Shown here in pieces: positions 17,132 to 26,230 of a DNA stretch of 33,021 nt. Below the pieces are notes generated by a model that was not told the DNA's origin, ran no database searches, and saw only the letters and a list, made by a program, of their open reading frames with translations. The translations under genes were made by a program, and so were the position numbers. Each line of letters starts with the position of its first letter. Position 1 is the first letter of the stretch. Origin of the DNA: Dehalococcoidia bacterium SM23_28_2 (GTDB lineage: Bacteria > Chloroflexota > Dehalococcoidia > SM23-28-2); the NCBI GenBank assembly GCA_001303545.1, contig LJUA01000018.1, positions 1 to 33,021 on the forward strand. The letters run 5' to 3'.

Positions 17132-18448
17132 ATGGGGACGGTGATGGATCTGGCGGAGAAGATGTGGAGCGGAGAGGTCACCACCGATGAGCATCACGCT
17201 TGGACCCCCGTCGGCGACATCGAGGAGATCGCGGAGGGGGCGATCTTCTACCGTTCCTTCGCCAATGTAACCGCCTTCGAGACAGAGGATGGCCTGGTGC
17301 TGGTAGACACTGGTGCTTACTTCAACCAGAGGCAGACCTTCCAGTCCATTCGGTCGTGGTCGAAGGCGAGGCTGAACACCGCCGTCTACACCCACGGCCA
17401 CGTGGACCACGTTTTCGGCGTGCCTCCGTTCGCTGAGGAGGCCGGCGAGCGCGGCTGGCCACGGCCGCGGGTGGTCGGCCACGAGGCGGTCGCCGCTCGC
17501 TTCCAGCGGTACATCCTGACGGCTGGCTACAACAGCATCATCAACACGCGCCAGTTTGGAGCCGATGCCTTGAGGTCAACCAGGGGCAGCGAAATGGCGC
17601 CGCCGCTCACCATCCAGTGGCCGACCGAATACACCTACCCCGACACCACCTACACGCGTTCCCTGGCGTTGACGGTGGGTGGAGAGCGGTTCGAGCTCTA
17701 TCATGACCGCGGAGAGACCGACGATCACACGTGGGTATGGGTACCTGACCGGAAGGTTCTCTGCCCGGGCGACCTCTTCATCTGGGTGGTGCCCAACGCC
17801 GGCAACCCCCAGAAGGTGCAGCGCTACCCTTTGGAGTGGGCGCGGGCCCTTCGCAAGATGGCGGCGCTGGAGGCAGAGGTGCTCTCGCCGGGGCACGGCG
17901 TGATCGTGGTCGGCAGGGAGCGGGTGCAGCAGGCCCTGACCGATACTGCGGAATTCCTGGAATCGCTGCACGATCAGACAGTGGCCTTAATGAACCAGGG
18001 CGCGACTCTGGATACCATCGTGCACACGGTTCGCCCACCGGCTCACCTCGAGGGGCGGCCCTACCTGCAGCCGGTCTACGACGAGCCGGAATTCATTGTG
18101 AGGAACATCTGGCGGCTATACGGCGGCTGGTACGATGGCACGCCCTCGCATCTGAAGCCGGCACCGGAGGGGCGGCAGGGAGCGGAGATCGCCAGTCTGG
18201 CCGGCGGGGTGCGGCCGCTTGTCGAGCGCGCTCGACAGCTGATGGCCGACGGGCAGCTAGCTATGGCCAGCCACCTTGTTGACTGGGCGATGGCGGCCGA
18301 GGCGGACAACGCCGAGGTGCACGAGGTGCGCGCTGAAGTCTACTCTCGTCGCGCCGACGAGTCGCGAGCGACTATGACCCGCGGCATCTTCCGAGCGGCG
18401 GCATGGGACTCGCGGACGGCGCTCGAAAGGCAAGAGGTACAAGACTAG
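17132..18448 (+). CDS. Metallo-beta-lactamase-fold alkyl sulfatase-like hydrolase
   Basis: LVDTG, THGHVDH, GETDDH, PNAGNPQKVQRYP, PGHG, YGGWYDG dimerisation region. Confidence 0.85.
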   Translation: MGTVMDLAEKMWSGEVTTDEHHAWTPVGDIEEIAEGAIFYRSFANVTAFETEDGLVLVDTGAYFNQRQTFQSIRSWSKARLNTAVYTHGHVDHVFGVPPFAEEAGERGWPRPRVVGHEAVAARFQRYILTAGYNSIINTRQFGADALRSTRGSEMAPPLTIQWPTEYTYPDTTYTRSLALTVGGERFELYHDRGETDDHTWVWVPDRKVLCPGDLFIWVVPNAGNPQKVQRYPLEWARALRKMAALEAEVLSPGHGVIVVGRERVQQALTDTAEFLESLHDQTVALMNQGATLDTIVHTVRPPAHLEGRPYLQPVYDEPEFIVRNIWRLYGGWYDGTPSHLKPAPEGRQGAEIASLAGGVRPLVERARQLMADGQLAMASHLVDWAMAAEADNAEVHEVRAEVYSRRADESRATMTRGIFRAAAWDSRTALERQEVQD

Positions 18449-18491
18449 AACAACTCTGAGCATGCCAGAGATTTCTGGTAACGATTTTCTA

Positions 18492-18519
18492 TTGACAATG
18501 GCTCGCCTGGCGATAAGAT
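18492..18519 (+). promoter_or_regulatory. Putative sigma70-type promoter of the hopanoid operon
   Basis: TTGACA-N16-TAAGAT in an AT-rich patch. Confidence 0.5.
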
Positions 18520-18808
18520 GTTGTCTAAGTAATGGGAGAGGAGGGATTTTACAGCTAACCTAGCATTTATCTGCTCGTCACAGGGATTGGGGCAGAGGTG
18601 GAGAGGGTTGGAATCGTCCTTGGGTGGTGCAGAGGCAACATCAGCGGCTATCGTCATTTTGTTCTTCATGTAATCCCCGAAGCAGCTCCTGAGGACGCTC
18701 CCCGTATCTCCCACCTGTTGCCCGAGCATCTGTGATGTTGACGCCCGCCATTTGGTGAGCGGGCGGTTGGGCTGTACTTTTGTGCGCTCGGCCAGAAGGA
18801 GGGGACCG

Positions 18809-19696
18809 CTGAAAGGGCAAGCGGCCAACGTGTGCACGCCTGCTGACGCGCTTGTCTACTGTCGGCAGCTCGCCGTGAGCCACTACGAGAACTTCACCGT
18901 GGCCTCCTGGCTGCTACCCAGCGCGCTTCGTCAGCATGTCTATGCCGTCTACGCCTTCTGCCGCCACGTGGACGACCTCGGCGACGAAGCGCCGGGCGAC
19001 CGGCTGAAGCTGCTGGACGACTGGCAGGCCGACCTGGAGCGCTGCTACGACTCGACGCCCAGTCATCCCATCCTCGTGGCCCTCCAGGAGACTATTCGCT
19101 GTTTCGCGATTCCGCCGCAGCCCTTCCTGAAGCTCATCGAGGCCAACCGCATGGACCAGCGGACAAGCCGCCATCGCACCTTCGAGGAGCTCCTCCACTA
19201 CTGCGATCACTCGGCCAACCCTGTCGGCCACCTGTTCCTGTACCTGTTCGGCTACAGAGACTCCGAGCGCCAGGGGTTCGCCGATGCTACCTGCACCGCT
19301 TTGCAGCTGACCAACTTCTGGCAGGACATCGCTGTCGATCTGGGCAAAGGCCGGGTGTACATACCGCAGGAGGACATGGCCCGCTTCGGCTACTCCGAGG
19401 AGGAGCTGAAGGGCGGCATCGTGAACGATAGCTTCCGCGTTCTCATGGCCTTCGAGGTCGACCGGACAAGGGAGTTGTTCGCCAAAGGGCTGGGCCTGCT
19501 GGACATGGTGGATGGCCGTCTGAGGGTCGACGTCAAGCTGTTCAGCCTGGGCGGCCTGGCTGTCCTGAAAGCGCTGGAGAGGAGCGGCTACGACGTCTTT
19601 CGGCGAAGGCCGCGGCTCTCCCGCTGGCAGAAGGCGGGCCTCTTTGTGCGCGGCCTTCTGCTTGGCCGGCCGAAAGTGAAAGCCGGGAGGGTGTGA
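18809..19696 (+). CDS. hpnC: Hydroxysqualene synthase HpnC
   Basis: HYENFTVASWLLP, YAFCRHVDDLGDE, SANPVG, LQLTNFWQD; start uncertain (CTG 18809, GTG 18830 or TTG 18752). Confidence 0.92.
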   Translation: MKGQAANVCTPADALVYCRQLAVSHYENFTVASWLLPSALRQHVYAVYAFCRHVDDLGDEAPGDRLKLLDDWQADLERCYDSTPSHPILVALQETIRCFAIPPQPFLKLIEANRMDQRTSRHRTFEELLHYCDHSANPVGHLFLYLFGYRDSERQGFADATCTALQLTNFWQDIAVDLGKGRVYIPQEDMARFGYSEEELKGGIVNDSFRVLMAFEVDRTRELFAKGLGLLDMVDGRLRVDVKLFSLGGLAVLKALERSGYDVFRRRPRLSRWQKAGLFVRGLLLGRPKVKAGRV

Positions 19697-20560
19697 GTGG
19701 TGGAGGGTTCATTGCAGGCGGCCTATCGATACTGCCAGGAGCTGGCCAGACGGGAAGCGAGAAACTTCTACTACGGCTTTGTTCTCCTGCCGCCAGAAAA
19801 GAGGCGCGCTATCTACGCCGTCTACGCTTTCGCCCGGCGCTGCGATGACATTACGGACGACAACCTGGAGCCTGAGGAGAAGGTCCGACGGCTGGCTGAA
19901 TATCGTCGCTCGTTGGGCCAGTGCCTGGGCGGGCATCCTTCTGGCCCTGTCTTCCTGGCCCTGCGGGATACCATTCTCCGATTCCGTATTCCGGCCGAGT
20001 ACTTCTGGCAGCTCATGGACGGCGTGGAGATGGACCTGACCGTGCGTCGCTATCCCAACTTCGCCGAACTGCGCCGCTACTGCTACGGCGTCGCCTCCAC
20101 TGTGGGGCTTATCTGCATCGAGGTCTTCGGCTACCGGGAAGGCGAGCAAGCCCGCCAGCACGCCGAAGACCTGGGCATTGCCTTGCAGCTTACAAACATC
20201 CTGCGGGATATCCGTGAGGACGCTGAGAGGGATCGCATCTACATACCTCAGGATGAGATGGAGCGCTTTGGCTGCTCGGAGACCGAGATCCTTGAAGGCA
20301 TCGCCAGTGAAGCGTCCGTGCGCCTCATGCGGTTCCAGGTTGAGCGAGCGCGCGAGTACTTCGAGCAGGGACGAAGGCTGTTGCCTCTCCTCCCTCGCCG
20401 CTCCCGCGCCTGCACGGCCGTCCTCCAGGGGATCTACAGCCGGATCCTGGAACGCATCGAGGCCCAGCCATCCACTGTGCTGCGAGAGCGGGTCAGCCTG
20501 AGCGGCGGCCAGAAGCTGGCCCTGGCCGGCCGGGAGCTTGTTCGGAGCCTGATGGCATGA
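19697..20560 (+). CDS. hpnD: Presqualene diphosphate synthase HpnD
   Basis: NFYYGF, YAFARRCDDITD, YCYGVASTVG, LQLTNILRDIRED; adjacent to hpnC. Confidence 0.92.
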   Translation: MVEGSLQAAYRYCQELARREARNFYYGFVLLPPEKRRAIYAVYAFARRCDDITDDNLEPEEKVRRLAEYRRSLGQCLGGHPSGPVFLALRDTILRFRIPAEYFWQLMDGVEMDLTVRRYPNFAELRRYCYGVASTVGLICIEVFGYREGEQARQHAEDLGIALQLTNILRDIREDAERDRIYIPQDEMERFGCSETEILEGIASEASVRLMRFQVERAREYFEQGRRLLPLLPRRSRACTAVLQGIYSRILERIEAQPSTVLRERVSLSGGQKLALAGRELVRSLMA

Positions 20561-22008
20561 GCGAGGGAGGGCCGCGGGTGGTCATCGTCGGTGGCGGTCT
20601 CGCTGGCCTGGCGGCGGCCTGCGGGGTGGCGGATCGGGGATACAGCGTCGCCCTCGTCGAGCGGCGGCCCTCGCTGGGTGGGCGTGCCTGGTCCTTTTCC
20701 CACCCCCAGGGGCAGGGAGAGGTGGACAACGGCCAGCACGTGTTCCTGAAGTGCTGCACCTACTACATCCGCTTCCTCCAGAAGCTGGACGTTTGGGACA
20801 AGACCCACATGCAGAAGCGGTTGCGGGTGCCCGTCGTCGATTCCCACAGAGGTGTCAGCAGCCTGGAGAGCTCTCCCCTGCCCGCTCCCTTCCATCTCCT
20901 GCCTTCCTTCCTGCGCTTCCGTCATCTCTCTCCTCTGGACAAGGCGCGGGCGGCCTACGCTATGCTCTCTATCCGCTTCACCGACCGGACGAAGAGCGAT
21001 GAGCTCGATTCGATCAGCTTCTATCGCTGGCTGCGAGAGCACGGCCAGAGCGAGGCGGCCATCGACCGCTTCTGGAACCTGATCGTTCTGGCTACGCTCA
21101 ACGATGATGTGCGAATGGTCAGCGCTGACCTGGCGCTGATGGTCTTTCAGGAGGGTTTCCTCAAACGCGCCGATGGGGCCAACGTTGGCTACGCGACGGT
21201 GGGGCTTACCAGCCTGATCGGCCGGGAGGCCCGCCGCTACATCGAGGAGCGGGGCGGCCGTGTCATTTTGGGCCAGGCGACGCAAGAGCTTCTTCTCGAG
21301 GGGGAGCGCATAGCGGGCGCCAGGCTGGCCGACGGCAGCATACTGCGAGGGCAGTGGTACGTCTGCGCGGTGCCTCACCAGGTGCTGCTCGCCGTCATTC
21401 CGCCCGGCCTTCGCGGCGATCCCTTTTTCCGGCGGGCGAGCGAGCTGGCCACAACCCCCATCATCAACATCCACCTGTGGTATGACCGGCCGGTCATGGC
21501 TCTCGACTTCGCCGCCTTCATCAACAGCGAGGCGCAATGGGTGTTCAACAAGAGCAAGATGTGGCATCTGGCCGGCGACGGTCAGTACCTGGACATTTCC
21601 CTCAGCGGCGCGCGGCAGTATATCGACCTACCCAAGGAAGAGCTGGTCGAGCGCTTTGCTCGCGAGCTTCGCAGGCTGTTCCCCAAGGCTCGCCAGGCGC
21701 GGTTAGAGCGCTGGCTGGTGATGAAGGAGCGGCAGGCCACGTTCGCTGCGGCGCCGGGCTCCGGCGGATACCGCCTGCCCTGTCGTACGCCCATCGATAA
21801 CCTTTTCCTGGCGGGCGATTGGACGGCTACGGGGTGGCCGGCGACCATGGAGAGCGCCGTCCGCAGCGGCGTTGCCTGCGCCGAGGGAATAGCGCGCCTG
21901 GCGTCTCGGCCTGAACAGAGAGGGGGTGATCAACAGCGCTTGGAAACGACTACCGAGGGCTCAGAGAGAAGCAATCTTCGTTTATCATCCATCGGGGGCA
22001 AGGCATGA
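20557..22008 (+). CDS. hpnE: Hydroxysqualene dehydroxylase HpnE (FAD-dependent)
   Basis: GGGLAGLAAA, LGGRA, DNGQH, LAGDWTATGWPATMESAVRSG; ATGA overlap with hpnD. Confidence 0.92.
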   Translation: MSEGGPRVVIVGGGLAGLAAACGVADRGYSVALVERRPSLGGRAWSFSHPQGQGEVDNGQHVFLKCCTYYIRFLQKLDVWDKTHMQKRLRVPVVDSHRGVSSLESSPLPAPFHLLPSFLRFRHLSPLDKARAAYAMLSIRFTDRTKSDELDSISFYRWLREHGQSEAAIDRFWNLIVLATLNDDVRMVSADLALMVFQEGFLKRADGANVGYATVGLTSLIGREARRYIEERGGRVILGQATQELLLEGERIAGARLADGSILRGQWYVCAVPHQVLLAVIPPGLRGDPFFRRASELATTPIINIHLWYDRPVMALDFAAFINSEAQWVFNKSKMWHLAGDGQYLDISLSGARQYIDLPKEELVERFARELRRLFPKARQARLERWLVMKERQATFAAAPGSGGYRLPCRTPIDNLFLAGDWTATGWPATMESAVRSGVACAEGIARLASRPEQRGGDQQRLETTTEGSERSNLRLSSIGGKA

Positions 22009-23348
22009 AGATCAAGAAAGCCAAAGCCCTAGGCTTTTGTTTTGGAGTGCGCCGAGCCATCGAGGTGGTGGAGCGAGGGGTGGAGGAGTACGGGCCTATC
22101 GACAGCCTGGGCTCAATAGTGCACAATCCGGAAGTGGTTAAACGCTTGGCTGCCAAGGGCGTTAACGTAGTGGACGGACTGGAGCGCATCCGGAAAGGCA
22201 CGGTTGCCATCACCGCCCATGGAGCGAGACCGGAGGTGATGCATGAGGCGGCGGCGCGAGGGCTGCGCCTGATCGATGCCACCTGCCCCATCGTGCGCAA
22301 GTTGCAGAAGATGGCCCAGCGTCTGCAGGGCGATGGCTTCCAGGTGTTGATCTACGGTGACGCAGATCATCCGGAGGTGCAGGCCGTCCTCGCCTGGACC
22401 AACGGCGATGGCTGTGCCTTGCAGAACCCGGAGGCGCCGCTGGCGCTTCACGGACGGAGGGTGGCCCTGCTCGCGCAGACTACCAAGAGCGAGGAATCCT
22501 TCACTGCTTTCGTGGCCAAGTTCATGACCAAAAACATCGGCTGCATAAACGAGCTGCGGGTCATAAACACCACCTGTCCGGAGACCGAGGAGCGTTACCA
22601 GGCGGCGCGTGGGTTGGCCAAGGAATGCGATCTCATTATCGTCGTAGGGGGCAGGAATAGCGCCAATACCCGCAAGCTGGCCGAGACCTGCATGGCTACC
22701 GGCGTGGAGACTCGGCAGGTGGAGACGGCGGCCGAGATCGATCCTGCCTGGCTGGCGGGCAAGGAGTCGGTGGGGGTGACCGCCGGCGCTTCTACCCCCG
22801 ACGAGTCCATCGAGCAGGTTGTGGAGCGCCTTCAGGGGCTGGCCGGTGAGAATCGGGTACCGGTGAGCGAGCAGAGCGAGGAACAACGGGAGGCCGTAAT
22901 GGGCGTGAAGTTCTCCTTTCGCAGCTTTACGATTCGCACGGACAAGGGGCCCCAGTTCATCGACGTCACCGATCGGGTCGCCGGTCTCGCTCAAGAGTCA
23001 GCCATCCATAACGGATTCGCCATCGTCTTCACTCGCCACACGACGGCGGCCATTCGCATCAACGAGAACGAACCCTTGCTCCTGCGTGACATGGAGGACT
23101 TCCTGAAGAAGGTCGCGCCTTCCCATGTGCACTACAACCACAACGACTTCAGCCGTCGTACAGTGAACATGAACGACGGCGAGGAACCGAACGGTCACTC
23201 CCACTGCCAGCAGTTGCTCCTGGGGGCGAGCGAAGCCGTTCCTATCGTCGATGGCCGGCTCCTACTGGGACAGTGGCAACGCCTCTTCCTAGTCGAACTC
23301 GACCGAGGCCGAGAGCGGGAGGTCGTGGTTCAGCTAGTGGGAGGCTAG
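22005..23348 (+). CDS. ispH: 4-hydroxy-3-methylbut-2-enyl diphosphate reductase IspH fused to a C-terminal YjbQ/UPF0047 domain
   Basis: GFCFGV, IVHN, DATCP, HPEV, QTT, NTTC, SANT, TAGASTP (IspH); then HTTAAIRINE, NGHSH, LGQWQ..LVELD (YjbQ) in the same frame. Confidence 0.88.
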   Translation: MKIKKAKALGFCFGVRRAIEVVERGVEEYGPIDSLGSIVHNPEVVKRLAAKGVNVVDGLERIRKGTVAITAHGARPEVMHEAAARGLRLIDATCPIVRKLQKMAQRLQGDGFQVLIYGDADHPEVQAVLAWTNGDGCALQNPEAPLALHGRRVALLAQTTKSEESFTAFVAKFMTKNIGCINELRVINTTCPETEERYQAARGLAKECDLIIVVGGRNSANTRKLAETCMATGVETRQVETAAEIDPAWLAGKESVGVTAGASTPDESIEQVVERLQGLAGENRVPVSEQSEEQREAVMGVKFSFRSFTIRTDKGPQFIDVTDRVAGLAQESAIHNGFAIVFTRHTTAAIRINENEPLLLRDMEDFLKKVAPSHVHYNHNDFSRRTVNMNDGEEPNGHSHCQQLLLGASEAVPIVDGRLLLGQWQRLFLVELDRGREREVVVQLVGG

Positions 23349-23349
23349 G

Positions 23350-24378
23350 GTGGCACTGCCCAGCCTTTTCGCCCGCTATCGCAGCGAGCTGGGGGAGTAT
23401 CTCCGTTCGGCTCTACCGGAGGGGAGCCCGGCGCTGCTCTATCGCATGATGCGCTACCACCTTGGCTGGGAGGACGAGCAGGGCCGTCCCCTGGCTGGAG
23501 AGGCGGGGAAGGCTCTCCGTCCCACTCTCTGCCTCTGGGCCTGTCAGGCAGTGGGCGGCGACTGGCGAACCGCTCTGCCGGCGGCGGCTGCCCTGGAGCT
23601 GGTGCACAATTTCTCTCTCGTGCATGACGACATCCAGGATGGGGACAGAGAGCGGCGCCATCGGCCGACGGCCTGGAGCGTGTGGGGCGAGCCCCAGGCG
23701 ATCAACGCCGGCGATAGCCTGCTGATCCTGGGCCGTCTTGTCACCTTGCGATTGGGGGAGAGAGGCGTGGCTCCGGCCAGGGTGATCGAGGCCTGCCGCG
23801 TGCTGGACAGGGCTTGCCTGACGATGATCGAGGGGCAGTGCCTGGATATCAGCTTCGAGGATCAGCGGGAGGTGAGCGTGGAGGCCTACCTTGACATGAT
23901 CGCCAGGAAGACGGGCGCTCTGCTGGGGGCCTCCCTTCATCTGGGCGCTCTGGTGGCCGTCGATGACGAGCCGCTGGTCGAACGGTTTGCCCGCTGTGGC
24001 CAACTCCTCGGCCTGGCCTTCCAGATCCGCGATGACATCCTGGGCGCGTGGGGCGCGGCCGATGTCACCGGCAAGCCGGTGGCGGCCGATATTCGCCGCC
24101 GCAAGAAGTCGCTGCCGGTGGTCTATGCCATGGCGGCGGCCGAGGCTGCTGAGCGCGAGCAGTTGCTTCGGCTCTACAGCCAGGGGGCGCCGAGCGAGGA
24201 GGAGGTGGGCATTGTGCTTGGGCTGCTGGACAGGCACGGGGCCTACGACTACTGTCAGCAGATGGCGCAGGAGCGTGTTGAGCAGGCCCTGGCGGAGCTG
24301 GCACCGATAGACATGGATCCGACAGCCCGACGCGAGCTGGAGGAAGTGGCCAGCTTCCTGCTGGAGCGAGACTTCTAG
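23350..24378 (+). CDS. Short-chain polyprenyl (FPP/GGPP) diphosphate synthase
   Basis: GKALRP, HNFSLVHDDIQD (FARM with Phe at -5), RRHR, GQCLD, KTG, FQIRDDILG. Confidence 0.9.
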   Translation: MALPSLFARYRSELGEYLRSALPEGSPALLYRMMRYHLGWEDEQGRPLAGEAGKALRPTLCLWACQAVGGDWRTALPAAAALELVHNFSLVHDDIQDGDRERRHRPTAWSVWGEPQAINAGDSLLILGRLVTLRLGERGVAPARVIEACRVLDRACLTMIEGQCLDISFEDQREVSVEAYLDMIARKTGALLGASLHLGALVAVDDEPLVERFARCGQLLGLAFQIRDDILGAWGAADVTGKPVAADIRRRKKSLPVVYAMAAAEAAEREQLLRLYSQGAPSEEEVGIVLGLLDRHGAYDYCQQMAQERVEQALAELAPIDMDPTARRELEEVASFLLERDF

Positions 24379-24414
24379 GCAGGCGGCGAGCGGACCGACA
24401 TCGAGGGGAGTTGC

Positions 24415-25431
24415 ATGGCCGGACAACCTGTGGAGCTGACTCTGAGGCTGGCCCGCTACCTTGTGGAGAGCAAGATCCGGCGGCGGCGCCGCTTTCCTCT
24501 GACGATGATCCTCGAGCCGCTGGAGAAGTGCAACCTGACCTGCGAGGGCTGCGGCCGCATCCGGGAGTACGCGCCGGTCATCGACCGGATGATGACGGTG
24601 GGGGAGTGCCTGACCGCTGTGGAGGAATGCGGCGCGCCGGTCGTCTCCATCGCTGGCGGCGAGCCCTTGATGCACCCCGACATCGACCGGATCGTGGAGG
24701 GCATCGTCCGCCAGAGGCGCTTCGTTTACCTGTGCACCAATGGCCTGCTCATGAAGGGGGCGCTGACAAGCTTGAGCCCCTCGCCTTATCTCGCCTTCGT
24801 CGTCCATCTGGATGGCCTGCGCGAGACCCATGACAAGTCAGTCGGCCGCCGGGGCGTCTACGACGTGGCGGTCGCTGCCATTCGGATGGCGCGACGGGCA
24901 GGCTTCCGAGTCTGCACCAACACCACCCTCTACAACGGCGTCCAGCCGGGGGAGTTCCAGGCACTGTTCGCCATGCTCACCAGGATGGGCGTCGAGGGGA
25001 TCATGGTCTCGCCGGCGTTCTGGTTTGAGGATGTCGGCGCGAAGGATATCTTCCTGGCCCGTCAGCAGGCCATCGAGTTCTTTCAAGCCATCCTTGAGGG
25101 ATGCCGAAACGGCACCCGCTTCTACAACAATCCGCTCTATCTGGATTTCCTCCAGGGCAAGCGCCGCTACCAGTGCACGCCGTGGTCGGTACCCACTCGG
25201 ACGCCCCTCGGCTGGCGGCAGCCCTGCTATTTGATCGCCGACCAGCACGCGGGTACCTTCGCTGAGCTCATGAGGGGCACCCCCTGGCGCAACTACGGCT
25301 TCGGTCGAGATCCTCGCTGCGCCAGTTGCATGATGCACTGCGGGTACGAGGGCTCGGCCATTCTGGAGGCTTTGGAGAAGCCGGCGGCGGCCTGGGAGAT
25401 GGCGAAGCGAGCGCTTTTCTCCTCCAAGTAG
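24415..25431 (+). CDS. hpnH: Adenosylhopane synthase HpnH (radical SAM)
   Basis: FPLTMILEPLEKCNLTCEGCGRI, AGGEPL, YLCTNG, CTPW, PCYL, CMMHCGYE. Confidence 0.92.
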   Translation: MAGQPVELTLRLARYLVESKIRRRRRFPLTMILEPLEKCNLTCEGCGRIREYAPVIDRMMTVGECLTAVEECGAPVVSIAGGEPLMHPDIDRIVEGIVRQRRFVYLCTNGLLMKGALTSLSPSPYLAFVVHLDGLRETHDKSVGRRGVYDVAVAAIRMARRAGFRVCTNTTLYNGVQPGEFQALFAMLTRMGVEGIMVSPAFWFEDVGAKDIFLARQQAIEFFQAILEGCRNGTRFYNNPLYLDFLQGKRRYQCTPWSVPTRTPLGWRQPCYLIADQHAGTFAELMRGTPWRNYGFGRDPRCASCMMHCGYEGSAILEALEKPAAAWEMAKRALFSSK

Positions 25432-25441
25432 GAGGGAAACG

Positions 25442-26230
25442 ATGATCGCCATCGTTGCCGCTCTGGATGCAGAGCTATCGGCCCTGGGGAGAAGGGCAAG
25501 GGTCAGGCGCGTCCCTTCGCCTTCCTGGCCGCTCATCGGCGAGGGAGCGCTCGCCGGCAGGCCGGTCTTGCTGGCGCGGACGGGGATGGGCGCCGCCTGC
25601 GCTCGGAACGCCACCGCCGTTCTGATGGAGCGCCACAAGCCGGAGGCTGTCCTGTCGATCGGTTTCGCTGGCTCCGTAACGGCCGAGCTTCGGGCGGGCC
25701 ATCTGGTCATCGCTCGTCAGGTATACGTTCTGGAGGAGCCAATTCATGAGGAGCCGCTGGCGATGTCCAACGGGCTGGTCTGCGACCCTGCGCTGGTGGA
25801 ACTGGCGGTAGCAGCGGCTCAGAGAAGGAAGCTGGCCTTCAGTCAGGGGGTCGCTCTCACCGTTCCCCAGGTGGTCGGCCAGCCGGAGGTCAAGTGGCGA
25901 ATCGGAGACAGCTTGCCGGTGGAAATGGTGGAGATGGAGAGCTATTGGGTAGGGCGCGTTGCCGCCGATCAGGACGTTCCATTTCTCGCCGTGCGAGCGG
26001 TGCTGGACGAGGTCGGTGACCGCCTGCCGGACTTGCCCAACCTGATCGACGAGACCGGAGGCGTCGCCAGGCGGCGGGCGTTGCGCCAGCTCCTCCGGCG
26101 ACCGCAGGAGGCGCCGGGCTTCATCCGCATGGCGGCCAGGGCCCGCCGGGCGAGCGGCAGGCTGGCCGTTTTCGCTGAAGGTCTCCTGGACGCGCTCGCC
26201 GCTTCGGATTACGTTGGGAGGCCACAATGA
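25442..26230 (+). CDS. hpnG: Hopanoid-associated nucleosidase/phosphorylase HpnG-like
   Basis: PNP/MTAN fold motifs TGMG, GFAG, VEMES, VRAVLD; located between hpnH and shc. Confidence 0.75.
   Translation: MIAIVAALDAELSALGRRARVRRVPSPSWPLIGEGALAGRPVLLARTGMGAACARNATAVLMERHKPEAVLSIGFAGSVTAELRAGHLVIARQVYVLEEPIHEEPLAMSNGLVCDPALVELAVAAAQRRKLAFSQGVALTVPQVVGQPEVKWRIGDSLPVEMVEMESYWVGRVAADQDVPFLAVRAVLDEVGDRLPDLPNLIDETGGVARRRALRQLLRRPQEAPGFIRMAARARRASGRLAVFAEGLLDALAASDYVGRPQ

Noticed and set aside
18532-18673. Leader peptide upstream of hpnC
   Set aside because: ATG 18532 stops after 8 codons; the longer frame ending at 18673 has no credible start
18445-18837. 130-aa minus-strand ORF in the hpn leader
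   Set aside because: No motifs, atypical codon use, and it overlaps the plus-strand promoter and hpnC start
18752-22008. Carotenoid (crtB/crtI) interpretation of the synthase and FAD genes
   Set aside because: HYENF motif, paired synthases, DNGQH and linkage to shc and hpnH identify HpnCDE
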